Made by a program: the position numbers and the translations under genes
In this document: piece after piece, positions 27,657 through 41,409 of the stretch
How positions within the stretch are numbered: position 1 is the first letter of the stretch
How the letters are laid out: every line of letters starts with the position of its first letter
The notes under the pieces: generated by a model
The model's input: the letters and a program-made list of their open reading frames with translations, nothing else
Told to the model about the DNA's origin: nothing
Databases searched by the model: none
Assembly: GCF_003918875.1 (NCBI RefSeq)
Contig: NW_025767399.1
Coordinates: 124,001-188,000 of the forward strand
DNA: 64,000 bases
Direction of reading: 5' to 3'
Origin: Haliotis rubra
Lineage: Eukaryota

Positions 27657-27861
27657 ATGTCGATTTGCACCAATGAACACATTGTGGACTCGGTGTTTAT
27701 GTTGTTTATCTTCAGCCCATTGGTTGTATGTTACTGGAATAGTACCTGGAACCTCGCTGAACTATATCTGTTGCCAAGCAACAAGATAGCATCCGCATTG
27801 ACATCATTGGCAATAAGCATTATATTGATGGTGGCGTCATATTTCACACAGGACTTTCTGA
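27657..27861 (+). pseudogene. Truncated fuseless-like exon 1 (duplicate of 19621-19825)
   Basis: Same fusion junction as in unit 1. Confidence 0.85.
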
Positions 27862-28306
27862 ATGAGGAGACACAACATGATTGTTTTATGTTTAAAAAGA
27901 GGCGCAATCTGTTGTTAAAATTACCCAGTTCATGTTGAAACATTGTATCAGAATGTCCACCTGTCCAACTTGAATGCGAAGCAGACGACAGCTGGGAGTA
28001 GTGCAAGTAACGCATATATGAATATCAACAAAGGAAAGCGGCAATAACAGCTACATTAGATATCCAATAATATCATCAATACACTGTCAGAACTGTGTAC
28101 ATCAATATGTTACATATCCGTATAATACAACAATTTATTGATGCTTAACTTCGTTGTGTCCAGATTTGGATTGCACTCTGCAACTGTATCAAGTATGAAA
28201 GTCGTGTACGACGATCTGATGTTGACAACACCGTGTTGGAGGAATACAGAGCAACAACCTGATTATACCTATTGTAGGAAACAGTCTTTATAAAACAGTA
28301 TTCAAT

Positions 28307-29199
28307 ATGGTGTCCACCGTTATAGAACACATTGTGGATGCGTTGTTCGTGTTATTCATCTTCAGCCCATTGGTTGTATGTTACTGGAATAGTACCTGGA
28401 ACCTCATTGGACTATATCTTTTGCCAAGAACAAGATAGCGTCCGGATGGATATCGGTGGCAATAAGCATTGTGTTGATGGTGGCGTCATTTTTCACACAG
28501 GACGTTTTGAACAAGTATGTCAAGAAAGAAAAGTACGTGTCCTTTTACCTGGTGTCACGCCTCTTTACCTACGTCATGTCGTTTAGCCAGGTGAGCAACT
28601 GGCGAGGGATATGGGAACTTCTCAACCTGTACATCGGCATGACAATGCCTGGCTCACTGACAACTCTAGCTATCGGTACTGTAGGTCTGGTTGCCCTTCG
28701 TTCGTACAGGAACGTTTTGACGCCACCAGGAGCTTGGGTTCTTGACGTTGAGACCAACAACTATTTCACCATCCATCTGTTTGGAACAAAGGTAAGTCGA
28801 GAAGGGATATGTTAGAGTTGTTGTTGAGTTGGGTTTTGCGTCACATCGGCATTATCCCAGCCATATAGTGACGAGAACAAGTTTGCATTAATAAACATTG
28901 TAAGTGCATACTCGGAATGAGTATTATTTCAAAAACATATATTCATTACATTGTCATTTAAAAGCAGAAAAAAGTCATAGCACCAAATTTAAAGGCAGGC
29001 ATGTTAGAAGTGATGTATTGTGTTGTGTTGCGTTGTGTTGTGTTGTGTTGTGTTGTGTTGTGTTGTGTTGTGTTGTGTTGTATGTTATTCAGTTTAGAAC
29101 ATTGTCCCTAAAGTCCCCTTAAATAAGATAAAAAAGGCGAGATACTATTACTATAAAAAGGTGAAACAACTACAGTTAAGGCTTGTTTTGTATGGTACA

Positions 29200-29231
<32 letters not shown>

Positions 29232-29823
29232 CATACACGCACACACACATGATTCTTGAGTTTATCCATCCCCTTTTCATTTTCAGAAGGGCAGCGTCCT
29301 GTATGTCATTCACGTGCTCTTCGGTGTGGCTGTGGTGTCGACGCTGGTAGTGCTGGTCTGGTGGGGTCAGTGGATGGTTCTCCAACTCTCCATTTCACCC
29401 AACAACGACCTCTGGCGGGGAATCATCGTCTTCAGTGTCGGTAACGTGCTGGTAGTTACACTGATCGTCACACAGTTTCCCGCCAGAAAGCTTGCCGGAC
29501 ATCTACACACGACACACCCACTCCTTCAGATAGTGTTCGAGGACGCCTGTGTTTTGCTGGTATGCTTCAGTGCTGTGTGTTACTGGCACGGGCTGTGGGC
29601 TTTGCTGGGCGTGATGGTCATCGGGTATGATCCCAACTTGACACAGTGGTTACTCCATGCTCTAGGGTTTGGAGGGTTAATGCTGTTACGTGTATGTAGG
29701 TCTCTACAGTTCATGGGCTACAGTTTCGATGGCGCGTACCCTGAAGGTATTGGTCTGGTACAGACGCCATCTTACTGCAACACAATCTTGGCATCTCTAT
29801 GCAGAAGGGAGGTGAGTATATAA
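28307..29823 (+). pseudogene. Fuseless-like copy 3. Exons 28307-28791 and 29287-29811, 1-bp frameshift at ~28429
   Basis: CCAAGAACAAG vs CCAAGCAACAAG in copy 2; exon 1 is 485 bp vs 486 bp. Could be a sequencing error. Confidence 0.72.
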
Positions 29824-30629
29824 GATGTTAGAGTAGCCTATCGGAGAGAGAGAGAGATTAGTGTATGTTAGTGCATGAGAGACAGAGAGAGAGAGTACAC
29901 TTTGTTCAGAATAGTTGTTATTGCGATTGTATTGATATAACGTAGGTACAATGTATTTGTTTGTACATTTGTTCGTTCGCAGTACAGTTTGTCCGTGTGT
30001 TGCAGGCGCTGAGTGATGCTATAAGACTGACAGCGTCGACCAGAACTGTCTATGTGGAAGTAGAGAGCCAGCACAAGCAGATACCAGTATCTTAACCTCC
30101 ATCCTGTACAAAACTGAACATGTATACGGCTGGTATTTACCAAAACAGTGATCAGACCGGCATCAGTAACGATCCACATGTGCTGTGTACAGTGGACGTG
30201 TACTGGTGTCACAGCCTATCAATAGCATATCATCATGTACGTAGATTGTACGTTTATCTATGTAGAAGCCAGGAGCCATGATATAAAAACCGAGCGCATG
30301 GTTATTGATATGGTGCTATTGTGTTGCGATGGTTGGACCATAGCCGGATATAGTTGCAACAAACGTCATTATTAACTGAATCATAGGTTACATAAAACAT
30401 ACCTTGAACTGTTGTCGATTAATAGGGTTACAAAGTCAACAATTCAGACAGACAGATTTTATTTAGTAATGTGGGCCATATGGCCTATGTTACAATGTAG
30501 CTGACAGTATAAACTGAGTCAACAGTATACACATCCCGATATTGTTTCATATAATGCGCCCGTAAAATCTGTCAGGCGCGTAGCCCGATAGATTGCAAAG
30601 CTTTAAATTTAGATAGTAGTGTTAGTGTT

Positions 30630-30815
30630 NNNNNNNNNNNNNNNNNNNNNNNNNNNNNNNNNNNNNNNNNNNNNNNNNNNNNNNNNNNNNNNNNNNNNNN
30701 NNNNNNNNNNNNNNNNNNNNNNNNNNNNNNNNNNNNNNNNNNNNNNNNNNNNNNNNNNNNNNNNNNNNNNNNNNNNNNNNNNNNNNNNNNNNNNNNNNNN
30801 NNNNNNNNNNNNNNN
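30630..30815. other. Assembly gap (186 N)
   Basis: Run of N; corresponds to the G-rich MITE segment ~22580-22856 of unit 1. Confidence 0.99.
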
Positions 30816-31508
30816 AGTATATAAGCCCGGGCATTTTTATAATGGTAGCTACGTCCCTGTGTGGTAATGATCACAAGTGAAGAAATCAGTCGACAATTCG
30901 ATACTACGTGATACCTCCTAGATTACAATATATTATACACATCTAACTATCATCCATGTATATGTTAATTAGACTTTGGCACGAATGCGCTGCCGTAGTA
31001 TATGGTTACAAATGATCTGTTTTGGTCTGTTTTGACTAATTGAACACATGTGTAGTACTGAGATACCAAAGTTAATTTAGGAACGGAACCAGATCTGCAT
31101 TCCAGAAGGTTACAAATTCATGTCTTCCAATCACAAAATCTATTCTAATGCTGACGGTATGCGTACTTTAGATATTTTTACGTTTTGGAACATTAAAATG
31201 ACAAATGTGGTGTCCATTATGATCCTTTATCGTGTATAAAATATTTGTAAACACGAAGCTGAAAAACTTGATTTGTTTTCGTCTAAAGACTCTTGTTAAG
31301 TGCTCCACGGAACTAGTGGTTGTCCCTTGACATAAGTGCACCTGGTGTAGCTGGCGTTCATGAAGTGACCTATATCTTGGGGCAATGGTGTATCTTGGAG
31401 TTCTGATGACTAGACTGTTTAAAGGCATGCATGTTATTTTCTCCAGCAACCAAACAATATACTTTGGACCCACATCACGTTATTCATGGCCGGTGAACGA
31501 ACATTATT

Positions 31509-31960
31509 GAGTGAGTGAGTGAGTATGGTTTTACGCCGCTTTTAGCAATAATCCAGCAATAACACAGCGGGGGACACCAGAAATGGGCTTCACACATTGT
31601 ACCCAAGTGGGGAATCGAACTCAGGTCTTCGGTGTGATGCGAACATTATTGAAATGAGCACAGGATACATAAGTATATTCAAGTGATCACAGTATTCAAG
31701 TAAGGCAGAATTAACAATTTGCATTAGTTGACACTCAAACTGATTTACAGATGGGAAACTGTTCCCGATCAACGGACTTTCAGTTTTCAATCAATTTCAG
31801 AGTGACTGAGTGAGTGAGTTTGGTTTTACGCCGCTTTTAGCAATATTCCAGCAATAACACAGCGGGGGACACCAGAAATGAGCTTCACACATTGTACCCA
31901 TGTGGGGAATCGAACCCGGGTCTTCCATCACTTTAGCCATCAGGCTACCCCACCGCCCCC
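31509..31960 (-). mobile_element. Two family B SINE copies (31509-31642, 31800-31960)
   Basis: Match 25737-25906. Confidence 0.85.
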
Positions 31961-32090
31961 AATCAATTTCAGAATTCTGGTAGACGATCAGCTCAGAATA
32001 CCAACTTAACATGAACTTTTTATAAAGCTTTTGTCATATCATATTACTCCAACAGATACAGAAACTCTTGTTAACTCTTCCTGGGCCGGG

Positions 32091-32336
32091 GCCTTGAAGG
32101 TCCGGGTTAGAATGTTGATCTTCAGTAACCCATGCTTGTTGTAAGAGGCGACTAACGGGACCAAGTGGTCAGTTTCGCTGACTTGGTTGAAACGTCATCG
32201 GTTTCCAATTGCGCAGATCGATGCTCATTGCTGTTGACCACTGGATTGTCTGGTCCAGACTCGATTAATTACAGACCGCCACCATACAGCTGGAATATTT
32301 CTGAGTGCAGCGTAGAACTAAACTCACTCACTCACT
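32091..32336 (+). mobile_element. SINE family A
   Basis: TGAAGGTCCGGGTTAGAAT...GTAAGAGGCGACTAACGGG...(ACTC)n. Confidence 0.85.
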
Positions 32337-33742
32337 CTTCATGGGCAATAAAAGCGAACATGTAGTCATGGACATCTACTTAACAAATAATTCAGATGAA
32401 GAATAAAACAGCAGCATAGTTTCCATCCTTACAAAACAACGGACAAATTACCACATTTCACCTGTCAGACCTAAGGTGAAGCAAACGTGCACAAGTACAA
32501 GAATTGCTTTCATGCGCGTGACTCCTTGTGACGCAATGAAAACACTCGATATATAGTGCACAACGCGTCCGTAAAATCCTAAAACAATTGCATAACCGAA
32601 TAACACAAATTAAGTCACGTTTCCTTGTGTGTAAACAATTGCATCACATCGCGGCACTATTAAGAGAGCTTAAATCATGATTGTAGTGTACTTAGGATAA
32701 CATTAGATTTGCGTCCTAATGCCACAGTCCACCACACAGTCCCTGGGTGTGGCACATTGGGAAATAGATGGGGGCAGGCTTGTATAAAGAGACAGTTTGT
32801 GTAATCTGTACCCAACTCTATAAATACATTCAGAAAGTAACTATGTTATGTCTTATATATATAACAACCATTTAATTAACAATAAAGACAGAAAGATGTT
32901 TGGAATAAAAAGTTGAAGGATGTTTTTTATGGATGAAATTTTTTAAGAATCATTTCTATAAGAATTTACAAAGGAAGTGGTTGGTGCACCATATTCAAAA
33001 CATGAATTATGAGACTCCGTCTCTCCTGTAGAACTGGTCAAAGATGGCACAGCAGTCAACAACACAAACTCTTTCATAATTCTAGTTTTTATTGACATGT
33101 ATGATGAAAAGTATCATAACAATTCATTATCACAGATATAAAGGATTTCTTTCATCAGCAGAACTGCATCTGTCAGTAATACTGATGTCACTTGTCTGTA
33201 CAACAGATTCCCATTATTGTGGATCATAGATATCTTGATACCACATCTACTTAGCTAATGAATTCATCAACTGAAATTTATCTTGAACAGAAATCAAACT
33301 GACAATTCGATCAATTTAAAATGAGCCATGAACTGACTTGTCAGTAATCAACCTCCAGTCTGAGGTGTCACAAGAAATCACTGATATTTGGATGGGGATA
33401 ACTATTGATGAGATGTTTCATTCAGTACAGAGCTCGATTTAAGGAAATGAAACCTACTTGCACTGTGCAACCTTAGGTAATAACCAGGTTGCACAAGACA
33501 ACAGGTTGCACCTGCTGCAAAACAAGAAATTATATGTAATACTTGAAATTTGGTATTAGTGATTAAGAACATTCTGACAAAATTATTCTGGGTCTGATGA
33601 AGATGTTATCTTACTTTATATAATTTCATGTCATCAGTAGTAAGAGCCAATCAATCACTGCCTGTGTAGTCATCAGTCAATGCTCCAAGCCAGTTCCTCA
33701 TACATAGTAGGGTGAAATGTAATCAATCCCAGTACACAAACC

Positions 33743-33900
33743 AGGGGCGGATACAGCTTTTTCAGAAAATGGGGGTGCACACTATTGAGAAAAGGAGGGG
33801 TGCACATTTGATTTTCACCCGAGTTTCAATGGTCATTTAACAATCTTTCAGCACCAAAGGGGGGTGCACACCCCTGCACCCCCCCTCTGGATCCGCCTAT
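33743..33900 (+). mobile_element. PIF/Harbinger-like MITE
   Basis: Ends AGGGGCGGATACAG / CTGGATCCGCCTAT; same family as 12932-13041. Confidence 0.65.
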
Positions 33901-34344
33901 GCATACACATTCTTATATGACATGGAGCCAAGAATCATAGCACTTCTAGTTTATGTGGCCGACATAGTGTCTTAAAATAGCACAGTTACATATTTTGAAA
34001 TGTTTTCAAAGAATACAAGGCAAATAAGTGGCATCATTATTTCTGCATAAATTAAAAGAGTTGATTGTTGAAAATATCAACATGCACAGAGTGAAAATTG
34101 GCACAACTATGAGTTTGTTTCTGACACAAGTTCTTAATAAATGCTCACTTCACACATACACTAATCACTTTGTTAAAAAATATCCACAAGCAAACATAAG
34201 TCTTCAGTCATTCAGAAGACCGATACTCTGAATTACTCCAGGGACAAGAGAACCCTGCATTCAAGGAGACCACAGGTGTCAGATAGGAAGGCACTGTTTA
34301 CAGTATTGAGGTCCAAGTGGTTGTTAGACTTTCTACTACTAAGG

Positions 34345-34694
34345 CAGGGCTGCCAACCCTAATTTAGCCCAGTTAGTATCTTGGCCAAGACTGATGCAAA
34401 AATTAGTAATAACCTTTCAAAAGGATTTTCATATTTAATAAAAAATAGAGAGAGATATTCTAAGAACTTGTTATTAAGATTGTACTCACCTAAATCAGTA
34501 GTATATAGCCATATGTCTTGATACTGAATAAAATGTAGTTGAAATTTATTGTGTATGGTACGTATGCTATTTTAAAATTTAATTGAATGTATTTATTTTT
34601 TTTAATTTGTATATTTTGACTGCTATCGTATCACGCTTTTTTGTGTTATATTTTCGTAACGAATACAATAAAATCGTATGGGTTGGTATCTCTG
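34345..34694. mobile_element. MITE with CAGGGCTGCCAACCC / GGGTTGGTATCTCTG imperfect TIRs
   Basis: AT-rich interior; flanks CTAAGG / GTAAGG. Confidence 0.6.
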
Positions 34695-36350
34695 GTAAGG
34701 TAATTGAATGATATGTCATCAAGGAGAAACAGGATGTCTGTTGTCATGAGGTACACTGTTAATAATGGTGCTCAGGTAACCTTCCATGTCCCTGAACATT
34801 TACTCTCATGTTATTACTTACACTGGCTACTAATATTTCTCTTAGTGCATTCAATGTTTTCACCACCTTGGTTTAGTTCTGAATATTCATTTAACAGAAC
34901 TTCAGAACTTTGAAGCCACTGATAAGCACTTTGAGCATTATTCACTACAGGAAAGTTCATCTTTACATGAAACCTGAACAAAAGTATCTGAGAAGACATC
35001 CTGACACACAGCCAGGATGGATAGACTTAGTAATCACACACAGTGTTGACATACTCTAGTCCATTTGCATCTTTTCAGGATTATTTGAGTTAAGATACAG
35101 AAACTAATGGAGTTATGGTGAATAATTTAGCGTAGTTACACAAACACACAGCCTATGGTGATCTTTGGAATGGCGATCATAAACAGGGTCTGACATATAC
35201 TGAAATAAGACAACATAAACCAGTAATACATTACAAATACGTGTGAGATCACAAATAGCTTCAACAACAACAATGCTGACATATTGCAAGTATCGCTAAA
35301 CACTTAAATCAAGCATAACATACAACATGAAAACAAGGAGACTAAATATCTGAAAAAAATATTCACTGCTTCTGATCCAAATTCTTTCCTTTACTGTTAC
35401 AATATTCTTTGGTCAGAAATAAAACAATATTTGACCCTTTCTTTAATGATTTCCTACTACTAGTAGGAGGACAAACACTGACAGTGTGTGACTTACTCTG
35501 TCAAACCACTCCTTTAGCGATATCTTCAGTATTTAAAAAAATAGCATTGTTTCTGTATGCATTATTGTATAGACATGAACTGTTGTTCTGATCTCAAGAG
35601 GTAAACAGACATGAAACATGTTCCAATGTTAACTATTACAGTGATCACATCAATGACAAAAGTAACCATTAAAGACTATAATTTCTTATTACATATGCTA
35701 TCCACATAAATATATATTCATGTTATAGGTTTTCGGACAGTTAAGAGCATCCGTTGTTGTTTTGATTATTGCATAACCAATTGTAAAACATGTCACTAGG
35801 TTACTATCAGATAACATTATCCTAAACACAAACCATCAGTGTAGAATTTACAATTTCTGAGTGACGCAACACCTCGCATGACACCCAAAGTGAGCAATGA
35901 TGTCTGAAAATGTATGATGTCCGAAAACCTATGATCTGACGATGTGTAAAAAACATTTTCACTTTAAAAATACTATTTCAGTTCGTAAGCAACTAGCAAG
36001 AAAATGTTTTTAAAATGTTAAAAAGGTACTTGTACTGAAAATAAGTACATATTAATGCCAGGATGGGCGTATTTAGTGTTGCCATGGTAACAGGAAAGAC
36101 AACTCTCTTGACAGGATCATCTCAACAGCTCACAAAAAGACATAAGTGGGCAAACATTCCTGTCAGATTAGCAGTGAATGTAGGCAAGGGTCAGGTCAAG
36201 GTGGGGATCATTACCCAGTACACATAGTTGGTAACAGGGACCTACAATAAACTGCGTGTCACATGAACATATTAAAATCCGGACATAAAAGGAGATACAT
36301 CATTTCACAACCCTTTTCCCTTCCATCTTCACATGTCTGTATCACATAAT

Positions 36351-39300
36351 TTAACTATTCTTTCGACTACGCAGGTTGTAGCCATTCTGACTTTTGGCAT
36401 TCCCATTCATAACAGTCCCATTTTCTCTGTCTTTTATTTTCTGCATCTTCATGACCTCGTCCAGCGGGCCACAGCCCTCTAATGCACTGGGGCTGCGGAA
36501 GGACCCCCCAATCTTGTCCCAGAGTGTGAAGAACTGTCCATAGTTGTACAGGTAAAACAAGTGGTGGTCCATGTGGTGTGCAGACCCATTGATGAACGGA
36601 CGAAGAAGCCTTGGAACACGGTAGTCTCCATCATGGATGGACACGGTCCATAAGTTGACGAATATGAAGAGACCAAGGTAGGTGACTTTGTGAAGTGGGA
36701 AGAGGAAGGGATAGATGTGGTAGGGTAGGGACTGCAAGAAGCCGTCCAGGGGGTGGAAGGAGTGGCTGGCGAAGGGGGTGGGGACCTTCCACTTGTGGTG
36801 CAGCTTGTGAAGCCACTTGTACACATACTTGTGGTGCAGATAGCGGTGGATCCAGTAGATACACATGTCCGTGAACAGGATAAACGTCATCACACTGGAG
36901 AACACTCCAATCCAACCTGGAACAGACGTTAGACAAACACTGACGGTGTGAGAACAGACTCAACACTCCCAGCCAACTCTGCACTCTCATTACACAATAA
37001 CTGAGGCTGTGTTTGAACACTCAAAGCTTGTCTTGAACAGACATTATGCCAATATAAATGTTGTAGTTTCCATAACATTTTCAACCAGGGTTTGTTACCA
37101 CTACTCTGATAGCCCAAGACTGCTAAAAGGTGAAATGACGATGTTTTTTCTGGTAGACTTTATATTTTCATATCTTGTGTTAACATAGTGCATATGTGTT
37201 GGAGAAGACTGAAACGATTTTACTATGTTTGACAAATAATTTTATGTCTTTTATTGATATTATTATTCACCATTAAGAGTGAGTGAGTGAGTTTAGTTTT
37301 ACGCCACATTTAGCAATATTCCAGCAATATCACGGCGGGGGACACCAGAAATGAGCTTCACCCATTGTGCCCATCTTGGAAATCGAACCCCGGGTCTTCA
37401 GTGTGATGAGCAAACGCCTTAACCACTAGGCTACCCCATCGCCCCTAACCATTAAGAAGTAACCTGAAATGAGTGCAGATTGGATATCAGAAACGACATA
37501 ACTTCTGATATGCCTTGAGTACAGCAAGTTTCAAAAGTATAAATGATGATGAGATAAGGTGTTAGGGAAGTATGACGTAGCACCTCACCTAGCCTGGTGT
37601 CCTGCACTGAGTCATACAGCTTGCTGTACCCTCGGACCTCCAGGAAGAAGAGAGCGACTGTGGGGACGCTCATGAAGGGGATGGAGGTGCAGGCCACCTG
37701 GATCTCCAGGAACACCTGGTTCTGGGGACAAACAGTGATGTAACCATTCACACAAATATAACACTGAATACTGTACAAACAGTGATGTAACCATTCAGAC
37801 AAATATAACACTGAATACTGTACAAACAGTGATGTAACCATTCACACAAATATAACACGGAATACTGTACAAAGCAGTAATGTATCTAATTTAAACACGT
37901 TTCTGTCTGACAGTGTTAGAAAATATATGTTTAAAAATACTAGCATTACCGACTAGCTAGATGATATTTTACAAGCTAATTTTTTATTTGTGTAAACAGC
38001 AACTACCAGATACAAAGAGAAATCTGGTAGTAGTAAAAGGAACAATATACAATTTACAAGTTTCAATCTATGTCAGTATCAAACAGTTTCAGTGACAAGG
38101 GACCATATCAAACACAACAAACAGAACACTTAAATCAGCCAAATATCTAGTCACTGACACCTTTTGGCAGGAAACCTGCATATTTGACACTTGAATAACA
38201 ATATCCTTGCACAATAAATAGAATATCTAGTAGTAACACTACATTGTTTGCTTGTTCAATAGCAGAATTAAAATAACTTTGCCATGGTCTATTGTGATAT
38301 AAGAAATATATTATTTTGGTTAAATGCAAAAGCCAGGATCAGAGTCATGGTAATAGCCCGTGATCAGTGTATCCTGGCTGCACTAAGGGACATGAGTCTT
38401 CACAGAACTTCTGTGATGCCACTGACCACTAAGGAAACATGCAACACTAAGATTTACCTGTAAACTTTAGTAAACAGAAGTGAGTGAGTGAGGTTTTATG
38501 CAGCTTTTAGCAATATTCCAGCCATTTCACAGCAGTGGAAACCAGAAAATGGGCTTTACACATTGTACCCATTTGGGAAATCGAACCCGGGACTTCAGCG
38601 TGACGAGCAGATGCCTTAACCACTAGGCTACCCCATCACCCCTGAGTAAACAGAACATGTTTGATGCAGATGCATGCTTTGAAAAAAATAGATATGAATG
38701 GAAAATGGTATCATGAATGAAATTGCACTTTGGTACCTACATGCTGACTACTGTAAATCATGAAATTAATGCGAAAAATGCGTCTGTACACTTCTCGCAT
38801 TATTATAATGTCGCATTTCAGTCTGACCATGTCTACTTTTGAGAACTTAATAAAAGACAGAAAACGTAAATCTGTTGACACTACACATTACATCAATACA
38901 GGTCACTTCCTCATTACAGGAATCTCAAACCACGTGTAATTATCACTGGTTACAATCATTGGTCATTGTTTAAAGTCACTCAAGCACATCAGCCAGACTG
39001 GACATTCTCCAGCCACTTGTTTGTTGTACCCGAGTGGTAGATGACTTGCGCCTTTCAAGTCGGATTACGTTTATCCATGTTGTCATAAGACAAGTAGTAG
39101 CAAGCAATCACGTGATCAAACATGGCACCGTAATCAAACCATCCTCAGTTCATTTCCATTCATTGCTTAACAAGCTCAATTCAGGTGATGTGTAAAGAGC
39201 AAGTGTGAAACAAAAAAGAACACCACCAAAGATTCAGGGTGTCACATTTTATCATCAACACAGATTCCTGAGCTCGCATTAATTTCGTGACACTTTTAGA

Positions 39301-39598
39301 CTAGACCCTCACACTCTCATTAAATTGGTGACGCATTAATTTCACGATATACAGTATCTAAAATAGTTGAAACATTTAGAAGATTTACCTTTAGTATCTG
39401 TGGATGTTGCAAGTGTCTTTTGTCAAATATAAACACATAGGTGAATGATGCCACAATCAGGTAGAGCAGGTAGCCCCCCACATTGGCAATGGCGAGCAGA
39501 CTGAGGACTTGACGTACAGGGTCATTCTCCGCCCACGTCTCGGGGTACACATAGGGAGTCAGGAAGTAGTGGTCGGCCACATTTAGAACCAGATCCAT
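36351..39598 (-). CDS. SC5D: Lathosterol oxidase / sterol C5-desaturase, 302 aa. Coding exons 39598-39389, 37721-37589, 36916-36351
   Basis: [19 protein letters not shown] start; His boxes HRYLH, HKLHH and HHMDHH; [16 protein letters not shown] and [20 protein letters not shown] introns with compatible phases; 909 nt total. Confidence 0.96.
37278..37445 (-). mobile_element. tRNA-derived SINE family B (SC5D intron)
   Basis: Matches family B. Confidence 0.85.
37729..37875. repeat. 47-bp tandem repeat x3 abutting the SC5D exon acceptor
   Basis: CAAACAGTGATGTAACCATTCACACAAATATAACACTGAATACTGTA at 37729, 37776 and 37823. Confidence 0.9.
38480..38643 (-). mobile_element. tRNA-derived SINE family B
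   Basis: Matches family B; flanking AGTAAACAGAA direct repeat. Confidence 0.85.
38751..39354. mobile_element. pogo/Tigger-like MITE
   Basis: TA-flanked TIRs CTGTAAATCATGAAATTAATGCG / CGCATTAATTTCACGATATACAG. Confidence 0.8.
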
Positions 39599-39974
39599 GA
39601 TGCAGTAATATCAGTCTGTGAACATCAATAGTAATCTGATTACACTAGACAAACATTTGCTTGAAGGTCCAACATACAATCTAGGGCTGTGCATTGGCAA
39701 AATCAACATATTGCACTTTATTATCCATATGGTGAAAGATAACCAGTGTCATATATATACAATGTATATATATGTGCACACGTGCACATATCACTTTGGC
39801 CTCGCAGCCATTGTTTTTGATTCATTGTCTGTGACGTCATTAATGTACATGAATAAAATGGGTAATAAAGAAATTATTACACTTGAGCAAGTGTGTCATA
39901 CAACTTATACGAAACGAGTATGAAATTTTGTATTGCAAGAGCGAGGAAGAATCGTGTAATCTGTATATTCTCTG

Positions 39975-40316
39975 CAGGGCTCCAGATAATTTTTCAACAT
40001 CAGGAGTACGTACTCCATATTTTTCACTACAGGAGTACTGGAAAACCTTAAGAGTACATTTAGAGTACTGAGTGGAATTTAATGGCGTATCAGTAATCTT
40101 GTGTTTCGTTTCATATATGCACCACAACATTGATAGTCTTGTGTAAACAGGTCAATAAACCAATATTTTTTTCAGATAAATACGTCTGTAAATGATTCTA
40201 AGACCGTACACTATTGCTGTGGTGCGTACCTGCTACGTTTTCTAAATTATTTGCTACCGTATCGTGCATATTTTGTATCCGTACATACGCCGATACGGCC
40301 CTTATCTGGAGCCCTG
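39975..40316 (-). mobile_element. MITE, TIR CAGGGCTCCAGATAA (inverted copy of 26721-27069)
   Basis: Near-identical reverse complement. Confidence 0.9.
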
Positions 40317-40419
40317 CTCTGTATATTCCATTAAAAGATGATGTACTTTATCCTGTGAATTTGTTTTATGTTACATCGTAATAGGTTGAGGTCATGATGC
40401 TGTTGAAAATACCTCCCAT

Positions 40420-40716
40420 TTGAGGTGAAAGGGTACGCTCTTACCACGGTATGGTACGTATTGCGGTACAAAGCCTTCGGTTCGGTCCGTGTCCGTTTGC
40501 ATATATGACATATGATCATAATGCAGATAAGAAAAGAAACGCATTTTGACAAAATGATTCTATTTCTAGACATTTTAGAAAAGATTTAAAAAGGTGAATA
40601 AAATGATGGTTCGAAAACCGAAATAAAAAATATTTTTTTTACTGCATTACGGTATACCGAAACGAAGGCAAAATTCTGCGGTTCTACTAATACCGCAGTA
40701 TACCGTTTCACCCCTA
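40420..40716. mobile_element. hAT-type MITE
   Basis: 8-bp TSD CCTCCCAT; TIR TAGGGGTGAAACGGTA (right end, reverse complement) vs TTGAGGTGAAAGGGTA. Confidence 0.8.
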
Positions 40717-40879
40717 CCTCCCATCATCTTATCTTTCTAATTCTTTCAATACTGTCAAGATGCTGCATCCATATCAATAATATCAATCGGTGAAAGTTTT
40801 TCTATAAACTTGTCCATCCTTGAACATTAAAAAGACATATGGCAAGGTGATGCCAACCATCTTTCATGCAGTGGGTTTG

Positions 40880-41120
40880 CCCTAAACGTATTCAAACCAC
40901 TGTGTCAGCAGCCTCAAAGTTGTCCGAGGCAGATGTTGTGCCCTTATTATGTCCGTCTCTTAACATAGGAATGAGCAATCCTCTAAAAGTTTCATAACCG
41001 CAGATACATGTTGCTCACTACAGGGCATCTGGCAACAAACTGCAGTCAAACAAAGCCACCCTGTTGCTCTACCTCCCCAATGTTCGTCCAACTGTGACCC
41101 CATTGCTCTACCCACAATGT
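40880..41120 (-). mobile_element. Possible DIRS/Ngaro RNase H relic
   Basis: Broken frames VEQWGHSWTN ... SAVMKLL ... DIIRAQHLP..EAAD resemble the RNase H of tyrosine-recombinase retrotransposons. Confidence 0.35.
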
Positions 41121-41409
41121 ACTTGTGGAATGCATCCTCATGCTGTAACTGTAACAGTACAGGGAAAATTGTAAATTTCCCTATGATACTGAAAATTTAA
41201 GGTAATGACATACCCTGCTCTGAATTTCAAAAATTTTACAATACTTTTTATGGCTGTGCATTGTTTTACTAATGTGATCATGTAAGTAGGACTAATTGCT
41301 GCTATTTACTTTATAATTATGAAGTTATTAAATACATGTATGTGACTGCTTACTTATAATTTCTATTGGTCAAAAGTTGGACTACTTAAACAAAACATAC
41401 ATCCAACTC

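Larger units (their letters stand above)
16408..31474. repeat. Tandem segmental duplication: unit 1 ~16408-23497, unit 2 ~23502-31474
   Basis: Near-identical collinear sequence (e.g. 16582-16905 vs 23676-23999, 20276 vs 28307). Both units end in ACTTTGGACCCACA. Unit 2 carries extra TE insertions and an N gap. Confidence 0.93.

Noticed and set aside
30572-30874. ORFs spanning X runs
   Set aside because: Artefacts of the N gap.
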